This document shows, in pieces, positions 18,501-26,502 of a stretch of 64,000 bases of DNA. Below the pieces are notes generated by a model. That model searched no databases, was not told where the DNA came from, and saw only the letters and a program-made list of their open reading frames with translations. Source of the stretch: a virus; the IMG/VR virus record IMGVR_UViG_3300045988_166195, positions 57,023-121,022 of that record. One strand, written 5' to 3'. Numbering within the stretch: position 1 is the stretch's first letter; each line of letters starts with the position of its first letter. The position numbers and the translations under genes are program-made.

Positions 18501-21009
18501 GTCTCCTGATGAGATTGAAGAGTTGCATGGATCGACTGACATGATGACGCTTTTCCGGGAGAATCCGGGTTTGGATGTCGTCATGGCACCGTTCAGCGCT
18601 GTGTCTCGTTTCAACGGCGGCTCGGCACGTGAGGCGATGCGGCAAACGTCTGCGCTTCATCTGCCAAACGGCACAACCGTTGAGGCAGGTATTGGTCAGG
18701 TGTCGTTTATCGGCACGCATATGACCGTGGATGCGAAGACGGCTGCATACGATGAAGCTGCGATCCGAGCTGGACAAGGTCGTAAGGCGTCGTCTCAGCT
18801 TGCATGGGCCTTGCAGTCCCAGGGCTGCGATAAGGTGTTGGGGCAGATGTATGGTGGCAACCTGCAAGCTCTTGCGCAGCTGCGTGAAATGGCTCTGGTG
18901 TGCGGTTTGGACATCGAGCCTGATGGCACCTTGCGCGATGGTCATGATGATCTTGCTGTTGGTGGGCAGCGCCGTCTCATCGAGATGGGCGATGTGCCGC
19001 TGACTGAACGTGGATCGTTCGACGTGCGTCGCGTTCGTAACGATTTCGCGTCGCTGATTGGTGACGCTGGTGGTGACATGGAGATTCCGTTCCCGCTGAC
19101 GATGCCAACGGGCGCTCGTACGCCTCATGCAACAGACACCACCTGGCGTGTGCCGGTGCTGAGTTCGCATCTGCGATCGGGCCAGGATCTGGATGACGGT
19201 ACGTCGACGGTCCATGATTACACGTATCGTTACCTTGCGATCCGTGAATGGTCGCTGCGCTACAAGCATGCGGCTGATCGCGCTGCGTCTGGTGAGCTGA
19301 CGGGTAAGGAGCTTTCCGATGCTCGTCGAACGATGGCTGAGGCTATGCACCGTGCGCAGACGGCTTACGATGGCATTGCGCAAGACATCATGCGTCGCCG
19401 GTTTACCGGCAAGCGCAATGTCTTCAAGGAAGGTCTCATGGCTTCGCGTCTGCCGCACTCGGCTACCGCTGTGTGGACGGGTGATCCTCGCTTGGACATC
19501 GACCAGGTTGGTGTTGGCCCGGAGCTGGCGAAGAAACTACACTTGCGCGATGGTGACTACGCGCTTGTGTGGCGTGATCCTGTTCTGCGTGATGCGGGTG
19601 TCCGTTACATGCGTGTTGCGATCGATGACCGTCTCACGGGTGTGAGTGTGAATCCAAACATGGTCAAGTGCTTCGACGGCGACTTCGACGGTGACTCTGT
19701 GGCTGTTGTGAAGCTGGGTGATGGTCCGGCACATGAGCAAGCGCTGGAGCGTCTGACTGTCGAGGCTAACCTCATCGATCTCGGTCAGAGCATGGACGAC
19801 GAGGGTCGTTACCCTCTTGCGATGCACAACGCGCTCGATGTGAAGGTGTCGCAGCACTACGACTCTCGTCATGCGGATGCGATGGATGAGGTTCATCAGC
19901 GCGCCAACGATGCGTACTACGATCTGACTGAAGGGGATGCTACTCGTGAGCAGTTCCTGGAGGCGGGTCGTGATGTCGTTGATGCAGCGTCGTATATGTA
20001 CCGTGATGCGCTTCAGCATCAGTACGGTGAGGCTGTGTTGTCGTTTGGTTCCGTTCAGGAGCACATGAAGTCTGTGGCGGCTGCGTGTATTGAGACGGGA
20101 GCTAAAGGCTCGCCTAAGAAGATGCTGGATTACGCTCGGTACATCGGCTATGACCCTGAGAACCAGGTGGATCTGGTGACCACGTGTGTGACTCGTGGGG
20201 AACAGCAGGGCACCATGTTTGCGACGGCTGTGAAGTCGTTTGGTACCGGTGTTGCCGGTACGTTCTCGCAGCGTGGTGTGCGAGCTCTTCGTAACGATGA
20301 GCTCAAGGCTGTGTTGGAGCTGACCTACCCGGTGACGCAGAGTATTTTGCAGGCTAAGCACGACCCTGTGGATGCTCGTCATCGCTATGAGTTGCTGATG
20401 GGTCCGGCGCGAAGCTTGTGGCGTGGTCAGATGATTGCACAGGATGCCAACGGTGTGTGGAACACTGTGACGGATGACGATCATAAGCCGGTTCAGGCTA
20501 CCAAGGATCAGTGGGTCGCTGTGTTCTCGCAGTTCTATGGCGATGATGGTCTGGGTGTGGCTGTGAACAGTGACAACATCACGAAGGTTGCAAATGCGCT
20601 CAGCGATAGCAACGGGGTGATGGTGAATCTGGAGGACGAGAAGGTCATTGAACAGCTCGCTTCTCCGATGGATCGTCTGGCTTACGGCGGTGACTTCACC
20701 ACGATGCAAGCTCTGGCTGAGACTCGGGCAAACTTGTTCGAGGGTCGGTGGAACGTTACGTTTGCACCAGCTCGTGTGCGTGAGGTGCTGGAGGCTGATG
20801 TGGAGACGCAAGCTGAGGCACCGGTGATCGCCATGGAAGACACTGTGGCTCGCGTGGACCGTGATGAGAAGATCGGTCGACGTAAGTCGACATCGTGGGC
20901 TGTCCCAGTTCGCTCGAACACGGGTGCCAGCGCAGCTGAGCGTTACGGTTTGACGACACAAGACAACAGTGAGACAGACAAGTCTGTCGATGATGGTTTC
21001 GAGCTGTAA
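15559..21009 (+). CDS. Giant single-chain multisubunit-type RNA polymerase (fused beta-like + beta-prime-like, two double-psi beta-barrels)
   Basis: Beta hallmark VGDKISDMHGNKGVISLIV followed by NPGLDVVMAPFSAVSRFNGG (cf. E. coli beta GDKMAGRHGNKGVIS ... NPLGVPSRMNIGQ). Beta-prime hallmarks ALVWRDPVLRDAGVRYMRVA (cf. NRAPTLHRLGIQAF) and VKCFDGDFDGDSVAVV (NADFDGD catalytic loop). ATG 15559 with GGAAGGAG RBS; the ORF track's upstream start 15448 is less likely. Ends ...KSVDDGFEL. Confidence 0.75.
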   Translation: MQTRNAGLRRYMYEHMIARTINRTSEITKTPILVSQGRRLRDLMEERLNEQGRSFNDGDLPVTDALDAIQSIMEEHVPGYKPLFQPADTSSKGYKVLYEEFRNMVGLNGSAGAAGPRLPISPYDPRWGSRRTVKQAGTSILYVLDGDIAAYADGKPSNIEKATTSELTLYRLTDEGKAKEAGRALSLDDVSGLTELMGRMSTAEYNEVRQWVLDGARNPETGRYNARQFMSTDALARSRAVLDMLAEEGIPYTIEKDLRPGQIRARLTGTNMTVRLTDTRDKEQWVGRVYDNGATLYFSTTARRDNKQVAYTPTVDEVCDLVRVALGRPVERKDGKGLVGRVGERQTSKGKTVQESYLSTGTLTSAYKDMPGMNGEQIVIRRQMKERSASSRFFADTPEGREQASGFITGAVHSARHNVIEQLDVDGLIQQFRDHEDAAREGTYIPMLSGDPDLAAVGRAYWDVLRGAETTLLKPEATRAEYAEATGLLDDMDQESDLSGVHDMLAGSVAYTGTPEERVRAHLRDLLDTQIGIDEPIDSDDFVFDPVRVARYMTSEHGQWRNNDDLVAAMRSVGMPQEKIVGESFYSNTFRDRLITFDESTALPMETVEDEFTQSMLQVVSDTLESCAVTPGSIRVDANGVVEWTGSIMRSQTGKEEPVSGTIGQIFARGENGEIITRFNSGNDLMIVPGFDARVVAQKPGENKSLEERTRLIGYEQQMSDAIRYRVQADVLSGRSRVGEPASLNSVYRRLSDTRHRADHYERALEEGMDRKILDAILATEARRVRYPNALRDGSTIDADFRASRAREQGIGGDPANDTTMDPWVLTGGRNMSLLSEEADGYFDPIMTSGGVNQGVTRYLVSGAQVNPDGSIVRSDKNDRAPLMLTEQAQLMSYDPFDRQQMTTSNLMNASSVTKPVGTAFMTAGGWTMEDSIVVSADFAKQYRVRGTDGQMRDLIVGDKISDMHGNKGVISLIVDRNADLSPDEIEELHGSTDMMTLFRENPGLDVVMAPFSAVSRFNGGSAREAMRQTSALHLPNGTTVEAGIGQVSFIGTHMTVDAKTAAYDEAAIRAGQGRKASSQLAWALQSQGCDKVLGQMYGGNLQALAQLREMALVCGLDIEPDGTLRDGHDDLAVGGQRRLIEMGDVPLTERGSFDVRRVRNDFASLIGDAGGDMEIPFPLTMPTGARTPHATDTTWRVPVLSSHLRSGQDLDDGTSTVHDYTYRYLAIREWSLRYKHAADRAASGELTGKELSDARRTMAEAMHRAQTAYDGIAQDIMRRRFTGKRNVFKEGLMASRLPHSATAVWTGDPRLDIDQVGVGPELAKKLHLRDGDYALVWRDPVLRDAGVRYMRVAIDDRLTGVSVNPNMVKCFDGDFDGDSVAVVKLGDGPAHEQALERLTVEANLIDLGQSMDDEGRYPLAMHNALDVKVSQHYDSRHADAMDEVHQRANDAYYDLTEGDATREQFLEAGRDVVDAASYMYRDALQHQYGEAVLSFGSVQEHMKSVAAACIETGAKGSPKKMLDYARYIGYDPENQVDLVTTCVTRGEQQGTMFATAVKSFGTGVAGTFSQRGVRALRNDELKAVLELTYPVTQSILQAKHDPVDARHRYELLMGPARSLWRGQMIAQDANGVWNTVTDDDHKPVQATKDQWVAVFSQFYGDDGLGVAVNSDNITKVANALSDSNGVMVNLEDEKVIEQLASPMDRLAYGGDFTTMQALAETRANLFEGRWNVTFAPARVREVLEADVETQAEAPVIAMEDTVARVDRDEKIGRRKSTSWAVPVRSNTGASAAERYGLTTQDNSETDKSVDDGFEL

Positions 21010-21022
21010 GACTCGGTGAGAG

Positions 21023-21063
21023 GGGCGGGTTGTTTCGCGTGGTTGAAGCAACCCGCTTCCTCT
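21023..21063 (+). terminator. Imperfect GC hairpin after RNAP gene (gaggggcgggttg...caacccgcttcctc)
   Basis: Read in sequence. The trailing T-run is weak. Confidence 0.3.
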
Positions 21064-21094
21064 TCATGAGCCGGTGTATCTTGATATGGCAGCG

Positions 21095-21125
21095 ATAGTA
21101 CAATATACTGATATATGAGTCGAAA
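21095..21125 (+). promoter_or_regulatory. Degenerate copy of conserved upstream motif (GTACAATATACTGATATATGAGTCGAA)
   Basis: Aligns with GTGCGATATACTGGTATACGAGTCGAA upstream of paralog 3. Confidence 0.3.
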
Positions 21126-21153
21126 ACCCGTTCCAAGAAAGGAAATATTTATC

Positions 21154-22365
21154 ATGTCTGTGTCAGCTATGTCAGAGTGGATGGCGAAGTTCCCCCAGGA
21201 TTGGGTCGAGATTCGTTATGGTCTTGAGGCTCATGAGTGGGCTGGTTCGCTTTCTGATCGAGTGATGGCGATTATCAATAAGAATGACCCCGCACGAGAA
21301 GATCGGGTTAATGCATTGCTGCGTGACAATGCTGTGCTTCTTGAAAGAAGGTTTCAGGGTCACAGGCGTCCAGGACCTGACGAGGACTTTATTGATTATG
21401 CCGAGTTCCGTGATGCCATTTCTCATGTTGTAGAAAATGGTATTTCTATTAACGATGAAACCTATTCGCAAATCCATTATGTGGATAGTACATGTGTGCG
21501 TTCTCCGACAAAGGCGCTGCTGCGTCCGCATCATGAGGTATATCCCAATGCCAACGTACAGGCTTTTTATCGTCGGTCTTTGCGCGAGGGGAAGCCTTCA
21601 AAACCTTCGGATGGATATATCAAAAATGTGTATGGTCTGAGAGGCGATGAATGGACGGGCACATCAGTCGATGTGGGGGCGATCATCAATGATCGCTCAT
21701 CGAGGATAGCATCGATAAGGGATCAGCGTGTCAATGATTTCTTGCGTGATCAGGTGGCTGTTTTCGAGATGGGCATGGAGAAGCTTGAGGCCAAGAACGC
21801 AACATATAACGATATGGGAGTAGGTGCTCGTGCTTATGGTTATGATCTGCGTGATGCGATTGAGGAAGCCGTAGAGAATGGTATTTTGATTAATGCTGAA
21901 ACGATGAACGCTATCAAGAGGGTAGAGCATGATTACGTGACTCCATATGTCGGGGAATCGTTGGCGAACCAATATGACAAGTTGTATGAGCTTAATGAAG
22001 CACGGAAACATCATCATGAGATTGCGCCATCGTTTGCATCATCACATGAAAAGAAGTCTGAGCCAGCGATTCATTCGGTCATTACCGGTGGAAGTGGTCA
22101 TGGTAAAGAACAGGTTCAGCTTGCTAACGTTTTGAGCGGACGGATGCCCTCGATGGGTCGCGATACAGACGGCCAGTCTTTGGCACCGTCTACCCCGTCT
22201 CAGGGTTCTCGTCAGGGGTCTATTGGGGCAGCGCTTCCCGGTAGTTCCATTACTGTTGGTCGTCGGACGCCTCGTGTGTCGCCCACTGCTGGTACGGCTC
22301 GTCGTATGGGTATTTCTGAGTCTCAGGTACAGACCCCAAGCGTCGATGACGGTTTCGAGCTGTGA
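21154..22365 (+). CDS. Tandem-repeat protein, paralog 1 of 3; C-terminus ...RRMGISESQVQTPSVDDGFEL
   Basis: Internal repeats RYGL(E/D)xHEWxG(S/T)LSDRVxAIINKxDPxxExRVNALLRD and a second helical repeat (GILINxE(A/T)MxAIKRVE). Pro/Ser-rich linker, conserved C-terminal 40 aa. RBS aaagga-N8-ATG at 21154. Confidence 0.65.
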   Translation: MSVSAMSEWMAKFPQDWVEIRYGLEAHEWAGSLSDRVMAIINKNDPAREDRVNALLRDNAVLLERRFQGHRRPGPDEDFIDYAEFRDAISHVVENGISINDETYSQIHYVDSTCVRSPTKALLRPHHEVYPNANVQAFYRRSLREGKPSKPSDGYIKNVYGLRGDEWTGTSVDVGAIINDRSSRIASIRDQRVNDFLRDQVAVFEMGMEKLEAKNATYNDMGVGARAYGYDLRDAIEEAVENGILINAETMNAIKRVEHDYVTPYVGESLANQYDKLYELNEARKHHHEIAPSFASSHEKKSEPAIHSVITGGSGHGKEQVQLANVLSGRMPSMGRDTDGQSLAPSTPSQGSRQGSIGAALPGSSITVGRRTPRVSPTAGTARRMGISESQVQTPSVDDGFEL

Positions 22366-22392
22366 TCGCCATGTGATCATGGGTTGACACCA

Positions 22393-22440
22393 TGAAGAAG
22401 CAGGTCTCGCCTTCGGGTGGGGCCTGCTTCTTTGTCTGTA
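22393..22440 (+). terminator. Rho-independent terminator (gaagcaggtctcgccttcgggtggggcctgcttc + tttgtctgtat)
   Basis: Hairpin plus T-run read directly between paralog 1 and paralog 2. Confidence 0.5.
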
Positions 22441-22476
22441 TACGTTGCAATGGTGCGATATACTGGTATACGAGCC
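22441..22476 (+). promoter_or_regulatory. Conserved upstream motif ACGTTGCAATGGTGCGATATACTGGTATACGAGCC (element-specific promoter candidate)
   Basis: Near-identical copy at 23391-23427 (ATCGTTGCAATAGTGCGATATACTGGTATACGAGTCG). Related pieces occur at 21095, 8063, 54980 and 63091. Confidence 0.5.
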
Positions 22477-22509
22477 AAACACGTGGCGATGATGGAAAGG
22501 AAGGGTGTT

Positions 22510-23322
22510 ATGACGCTTTATTACGATCAGGAAATCAAGGAGTATACCGATGCCGGGATCAGGCGATACAAAGGTCTTGATCCACATGAAGAGCTGGATG
22601 CACCAACCGAGCGGTATGGTCTTGATCCACATGAGTGGACAGGAACATTGGCCGATAAGGTGACAGCGATTATCGGTAAAAATACGCCCGAGAAGGAAAC
22701 GCATGTGAATGCGTTGTTGCGCGATGCGGCAAAATCATTTATGAAGAATGCCAAATATGCGGAAATGAATGCCCATAATGATGAAACTACCTTTAAGAAG
22801 GTAATGTCTGTCAACGGTGATGATTTGCGTGCTGCTATGTCCGAAGCGTCCTTGGGCGGCATTCTTATTAACGATGAAGCGATGGATGCTATCAAACGTG
22901 TGGAAAAGCGTTATCTTTCATATTGGAGTTTTGATTTCGGTTTTGATTCTCTGACGCATGCATACGATGAGCTGTATAAACTTAATGATGCGCGAGCTCA
23001 TTTCCGTGAGAGTGCGCAAGTGATGCGAGGTGCTGCGAATACCCCAGCGATTTCAAATCCAGAGTTTGATCGTTTCGCCCCGCCTCAGGGTTCACGTGTG
23101 ACGACGGTTCCGCCGCCTGTGCGGTCTGCGCCCTCTATCCCGTCTGCTCTTTCTATGTCCGCTGTGTCCACTCAGCGAACTGGTTCTATCCAGGCTGTGC
23201 TTCCAGGCAGTGGTATCAAGGTGAGTCGAGCGGCACCTCATGTTCCGCAGACTGCCCGTCGTATGGGTGTTGTTGAGTCACAGGTGCAGACTCCGAATGT
23301 TGATGACGGGTTCGAGTTGTGA
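22510..23322 (+). CDS. Tandem-repeat protein, paralog 2 of 3; C-terminus ...RRMGVVESQVQTPNVDDGFEL
   Basis: Same repeat units as paralog 1 (YGLDPHEWTGTLADKVTAIIGKNTPEKETHVNALLRDAAK; ILINDEAMDAIKRVEKRY; FDRFAPPQGSRVTTVPPPVR). Start ATG 22510 after ggaaaggaagggtgtt. Confidence 0.65.
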   Translation: MTLYYDQEIKEYTDAGIRRYKGLDPHEELDAPTERYGLDPHEWTGTLADKVTAIIGKNTPEKETHVNALLRDAAKSFMKNAKYAEMNAHNDETTFKKVMSVNGDDLRAAMSEASLGGILINDEAMDAIKRVEKRYLSYWSFDFGFDSLTHAYDELYKLNDARAHFRESAQVMRGAANTPAISNPEFDRFAPPQGSRVTTVPPPVRSAPSIPSALSMSAVSTQRTGSIQAVLPGSGIKVSRAAPHVPQTARRMGVVESQVQTPNVDDGFEL

Positions 23323-23349
23323 CGCTGACGTGATTATGTGATGGGGTAG

Positions 23350-23392
23350 GTCTTGCTTGAAAGCGGGGCCTACTTCATCGTTTTGCCATGTT
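23350..23392 (+). terminator. Weak hairpin + T-rich tract after paralog 2
   Basis: ggtaggtcttgcttgaaagcggggcctacttcatcgttttgcc read directly. Confidence 0.25.
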
Positions 23393-23427
23393 ATCGTTGC
23401 AATAGTGCGATATACTGGTATACGAGT
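23391..23427 (+). promoter_or_regulatory. Second copy of conserved upstream motif (TTGCAATAGTGCGATATACTGGTATACGAG)
   Basis: 31/33 identical to the copy at 22441-22476. Confidence 0.5.
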
Positions 23428-23457
23428 CGAATGCAACTAAATGAAAGGAAGATGGTC

Positions 23458-24786
23458 ATGTCGACGATATGGTATGAAGGCCCCACCGATGGCAACATCG
23501 AGGGGCGTTACGGTCTCGATTCGCACGAGTGGGTGGGGTCGCTGTCCGATAGGGTGGCGACGATCATTGACAAGGATGATCCTTGGAAGGAAACTCATGT
23601 GAATGCGCTCTTGCGTGATGGCGTGGAGTTCTATGCGCAGAAGTCGCAGGATCATCCAGAATTGAGTGATGATGATCAGATGCGCGATGCTATCTCTTAT
23701 GTGGCGCATAGCGGTGTTCTCATCGATGATGAGACTCTGTTGGCTCTTACGGATGCGGATGACAAGTACGTCATCCCGTTTGGTGCAGAGTCTTTGATGT
23801 ACGAATACAACAAGGTGCATCAGCCTGATTACGGACGGATTTATCAGCGTCAGCGTGATGCTGCGCAGTTGCCGTACGCGGAGGCAACAGACGAAGAGAT
23901 CAAGGAGCACTATGGCCTTGATCCACATGAGTGGAAAGGGAGTCTTGCCGATAAGGTGATGGCGATTGTTAACAAGAATACGCTTGACAAGGAAACGCAT
24001 GTGAATGCGCTTCTACGTGATGGTGCACGGCTGTTCGCTCAGAATATGGAAGCTCAACCGGTATCGGGTGTGAGTGAAGATGAGATGAGGTACGCGGTGG
24101 AGTCTGGTGGCGATGAACTACGCGCTGCCATCTCTGACGCATCGTGGGCTGGTGTTCTCATCAACGATGAAGCGATGGAAGCCATCAAGCATGTGGAGAA
24201 GGAGTACATCACTGAGTTCGGTGGAGACTCTCTGACGCATGCGTATGATCAGATGCGTAAGCTGAACGATGCACGCGCTCATTATCGTGAGTCTGCGAAG
24301 GAGATGCGTGGCTCTGCGCCTGCTGCGCCTGCTGCGCCTGTTACCCAGGCACCTTCGAGCTTTGATCGTTTCGCCCCGCCTCAGGGTGCTCGTGTGACGA
24401 CTGTTCCGTCGCCTGTGCGCACTGTTGGGTCTGCTCGGTCTACTCAGGCAGCTCAGTCTGCACTGTCTGTGCCTCCTATTCCGCAACCTCCGAAGACGCC
24501 GGGATCCCAGGTTCGCACAGGTGGTCCTGTGCGGGTGGGTAATGTCGCCAAGGACTGGCTGGCTGCGAATGGTCGTGACGAGAAGGGTCGGCCTCTTGCG
24601 TCTACATCTACGCCGTCTACGCCTCAGGTTCCGGCTCAGCGATCGGGTTCGATCCAGGCTTCGCTTCCTGGTAGCGGTGTCACCGTGGGTCGATCGACGC
24701 CGCGTGTGCCACCCACTGCCCATCGTATGGGTATCCCTGAGCCCCAGGCGCAAACCCCAAGCGTTGATGACGGCTTCGAGCTGTGA
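23458..24786 (+). CDS. Tandem-repeat protein, paralog 3 of 3 (two copies of each repeat unit); C-terminus ...HRMGIPEPQAQTPSVDDGFEL
   Basis: RYGLDSHEWVGSLSDRVATIIDKDDPWKETHVNALLRDG and HYGLDPHEWKGSLADKVMAIVNKNTLDKETHVNALLRDG. Pro/Ala/Ser-rich linker. ATG 23458 has the best RBS spacing. Confidence 0.65.
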   Translation: MSTIWYEGPTDGNIEGRYGLDSHEWVGSLSDRVATIIDKDDPWKETHVNALLRDGVEFYAQKSQDHPELSDDDQMRDAISYVAHSGVLIDDETLLALTDADDKYVIPFGAESLMYEYNKVHQPDYGRIYQRQRDAAQLPYAEATDEEIKEHYGLDPHEWKGSLADKVMAIVNKNTLDKETHVNALLRDGARLFAQNMEAQPVSGVSEDEMRYAVESGGDELRAAISDASWAGVLINDEAMEAIKHVEKEYITEFGGDSLTHAYDQMRKLNDARAHYRESAKEMRGSAPAAPAAPVTQAPSSFDRFAPPQGARVTTVPSPVRTVGSARSTQAAQSALSVPPIPQPPKTPGSQVRTGGPVRVGNVAKDWLAANGRDEKGRPLASTSTPSTPQVPAQRSGSIQASLPGSGVTVGRSTPRVPPTAHRMGIPEPQAQTPSVDDGFEL

Positions 24787-24828
24787 CGCGCTTGCGGGGA
24801 GATAGAAAGCAATAGAAAGGAGGACAAG

Positions 24829-26490
24829 ATGGCTCGTCCACCTCGTCAACTTCCAGCGCCTCGTTACGGGGGTGAAGTTGGTCCGCAGAAGGTTCAAGAC
24901 GAAACTGCGACAATGGCTGTGACCAAGGAGCAGATTTTCGACAAGAAGCCTGAACCTGTTCACGCGGTAGAGCCAAAGCCTGCGCTCGATTGGGCGCAGC
25001 AGCTGAGGCTCGATATGCGCTATCACGCTGATGGGTATCTTCACGCTCTCAGCCAGATAAATCTGAAGACCATGAAGCGAAAGGCTGACATCGCTTCTCG
25101 CATGAACGATCTTCAGGGTAAGCACAAGGCTTATGCGTCGATGATGGTGCTCAGCGCATTGGTACCGTTGAAAGACGGCGTATCGATGTCGGCTGTGGTT
25201 GAATCTGTTGGCATGGGTGTCACTATGTGGATGTTGTCGCCCAACTTCCGCCAACAGGTGAAGTCATTCGCTCGTGATGCGCGTATGGCTGTCGAAGACA
25301 TGGCTGAGGCGCGTCGACGCAGTCAGTCGAAACAGTTGCATGATAAGGCCGATCAACATCGAGAGAAGCATGGTGGTGAATTGCCGCCCTCTCTGAAGCG
25401 TCGTCTGGAGCGTATCGAAGCGAAGGAGCGCAATGGTCGCATCCCGTTCAATGAAGCGAGTGCGGCTTTGACGCATCTTGGTCTGAGCGAAGCGATGTTC
25501 AACCAGATGCGGCAACCGGGTGTGGATCCTGTTGAGGTTCAGGAAGGCTATGCGCACCTGATGGAGCGCTTCTGGGATGATGTCCACAAGGACGGCTTGG
25601 ATCCCGAAAAGGTGAACACCGTCAGTCGTATGCTCATGGGCCAACGGATGCGTTATGAGCCCCACTGGGCGAATGCGTTCGTTGAAACCGCTCATGGCGA
25701 GGTCGATATGGACATGGTGGAGACGGTGGACGCTCAGACGGGTGAACCCCATCGAACGTGGACGGGTATCTGGTCCACGCGCATGGGTGAGCCTATCGTG
25801 GGAGGTTCTTTCACTGTCCGTCCTCCGTACAACGAGATGCAGCATGAGTTGTCTCTGAGTACGTGCATGGCTCGTGAGATGGAGCGTGCAGCGCTGAATG
25901 GTAACATTGCGGATCTGAATGAGTCGCTGCTTGCCTACGGTTCTGCGTGGTCTGTTCGAGACAAGAACCTGGACGTGCACAGCGTTCCTGGTGCGATGGG
26001 TGAGAAGATTCGTCGAGCTCGTCGTGGTCTCGATGCCATGGAATTCGATGGTTTTGACCGCGATCAGCAGCGAGACATCTATGCGACATCGTTCGTTCAC
26101 GCCATGGACATGGTGGCGAAGGCTCACCCGGACATCGAGCGTCACTGGGCGCAGCAGTACGGTTCTCAATGGCGATCGGAGATGCGAGACTTCGCAGCGA
26201 CGCCAGAGGAAACATACAACCGGTGGCAACGGGGGGAGTTTTACTCTGATGCACGTGAATCTCCAGGGCATGACAATGCCCATGTGGATCCGCACACGGA
26301 ACGAATGAGGGAAGATTCCAAGCGTCGACGCAGCGCGTACAACCGTGCGCGTGACAACCAGGAGTACAACGCTCATGAGACATCGGCGTTCAAGGCTGAA
26401 GACTTTGAACTCAATGATGTCGACGACGAGTTTGACATGGGTGGGTACGATCGACCTAATGACAACGATGGTTTCGAACCATCTCTATGA
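24829..26490 (+). CDS. Hypothetical 553-aa protein; C-terminus ...DMGGYDRPNDNDGFEPSL (variant of shared tail)
   Basis: RBS gaaaggaggacaagATG. No recognised domain. Charged, helical composition. Confidence 0.6.
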   Translation: MARPPRQLPAPRYGGEVGPQKVQDETATMAVTKEQIFDKKPEPVHAVEPKPALDWAQQLRLDMRYHADGYLHALSQINLKTMKRKADIASRMNDLQGKHKAYASMMVLSALVPLKDGVSMSAVVESVGMGVTMWMLSPNFRQQVKSFARDARMAVEDMAEARRRSQSKQLHDKADQHREKHGGELPPSLKRRLERIEAKERNGRIPFNEASAALTHLGLSEAMFNQMRQPGVDPVEVQEGYAHLMERFWDDVHKDGLDPEKVNTVSRMLMGQRMRYEPHWANAFVETAHGEVDMDMVETVDAQTGEPHRTWTGIWSTRMGEPIVGGSFTVRPPYNEMQHELSLSTCMAREMERAALNGNIADLNESLLAYGSAWSVRDKNLDVHSVPGAMGEKIRRARRGLDAMEFDGFDRDQQRDIYATSFVHAMDMVAKAHPDIERHWAQQYGSQWRSEMRDFAATPEETYNRWQRGEFYSDARESPGHDNAHVDPHTERMREDSKRRRSAYNRARDNQEYNAHETSAFKAEDFELNDVDDEFDMGGYDRPNDNDGFEPSL

Positions 26491-26502
26491 AAGGAGTGAC
26501 CA

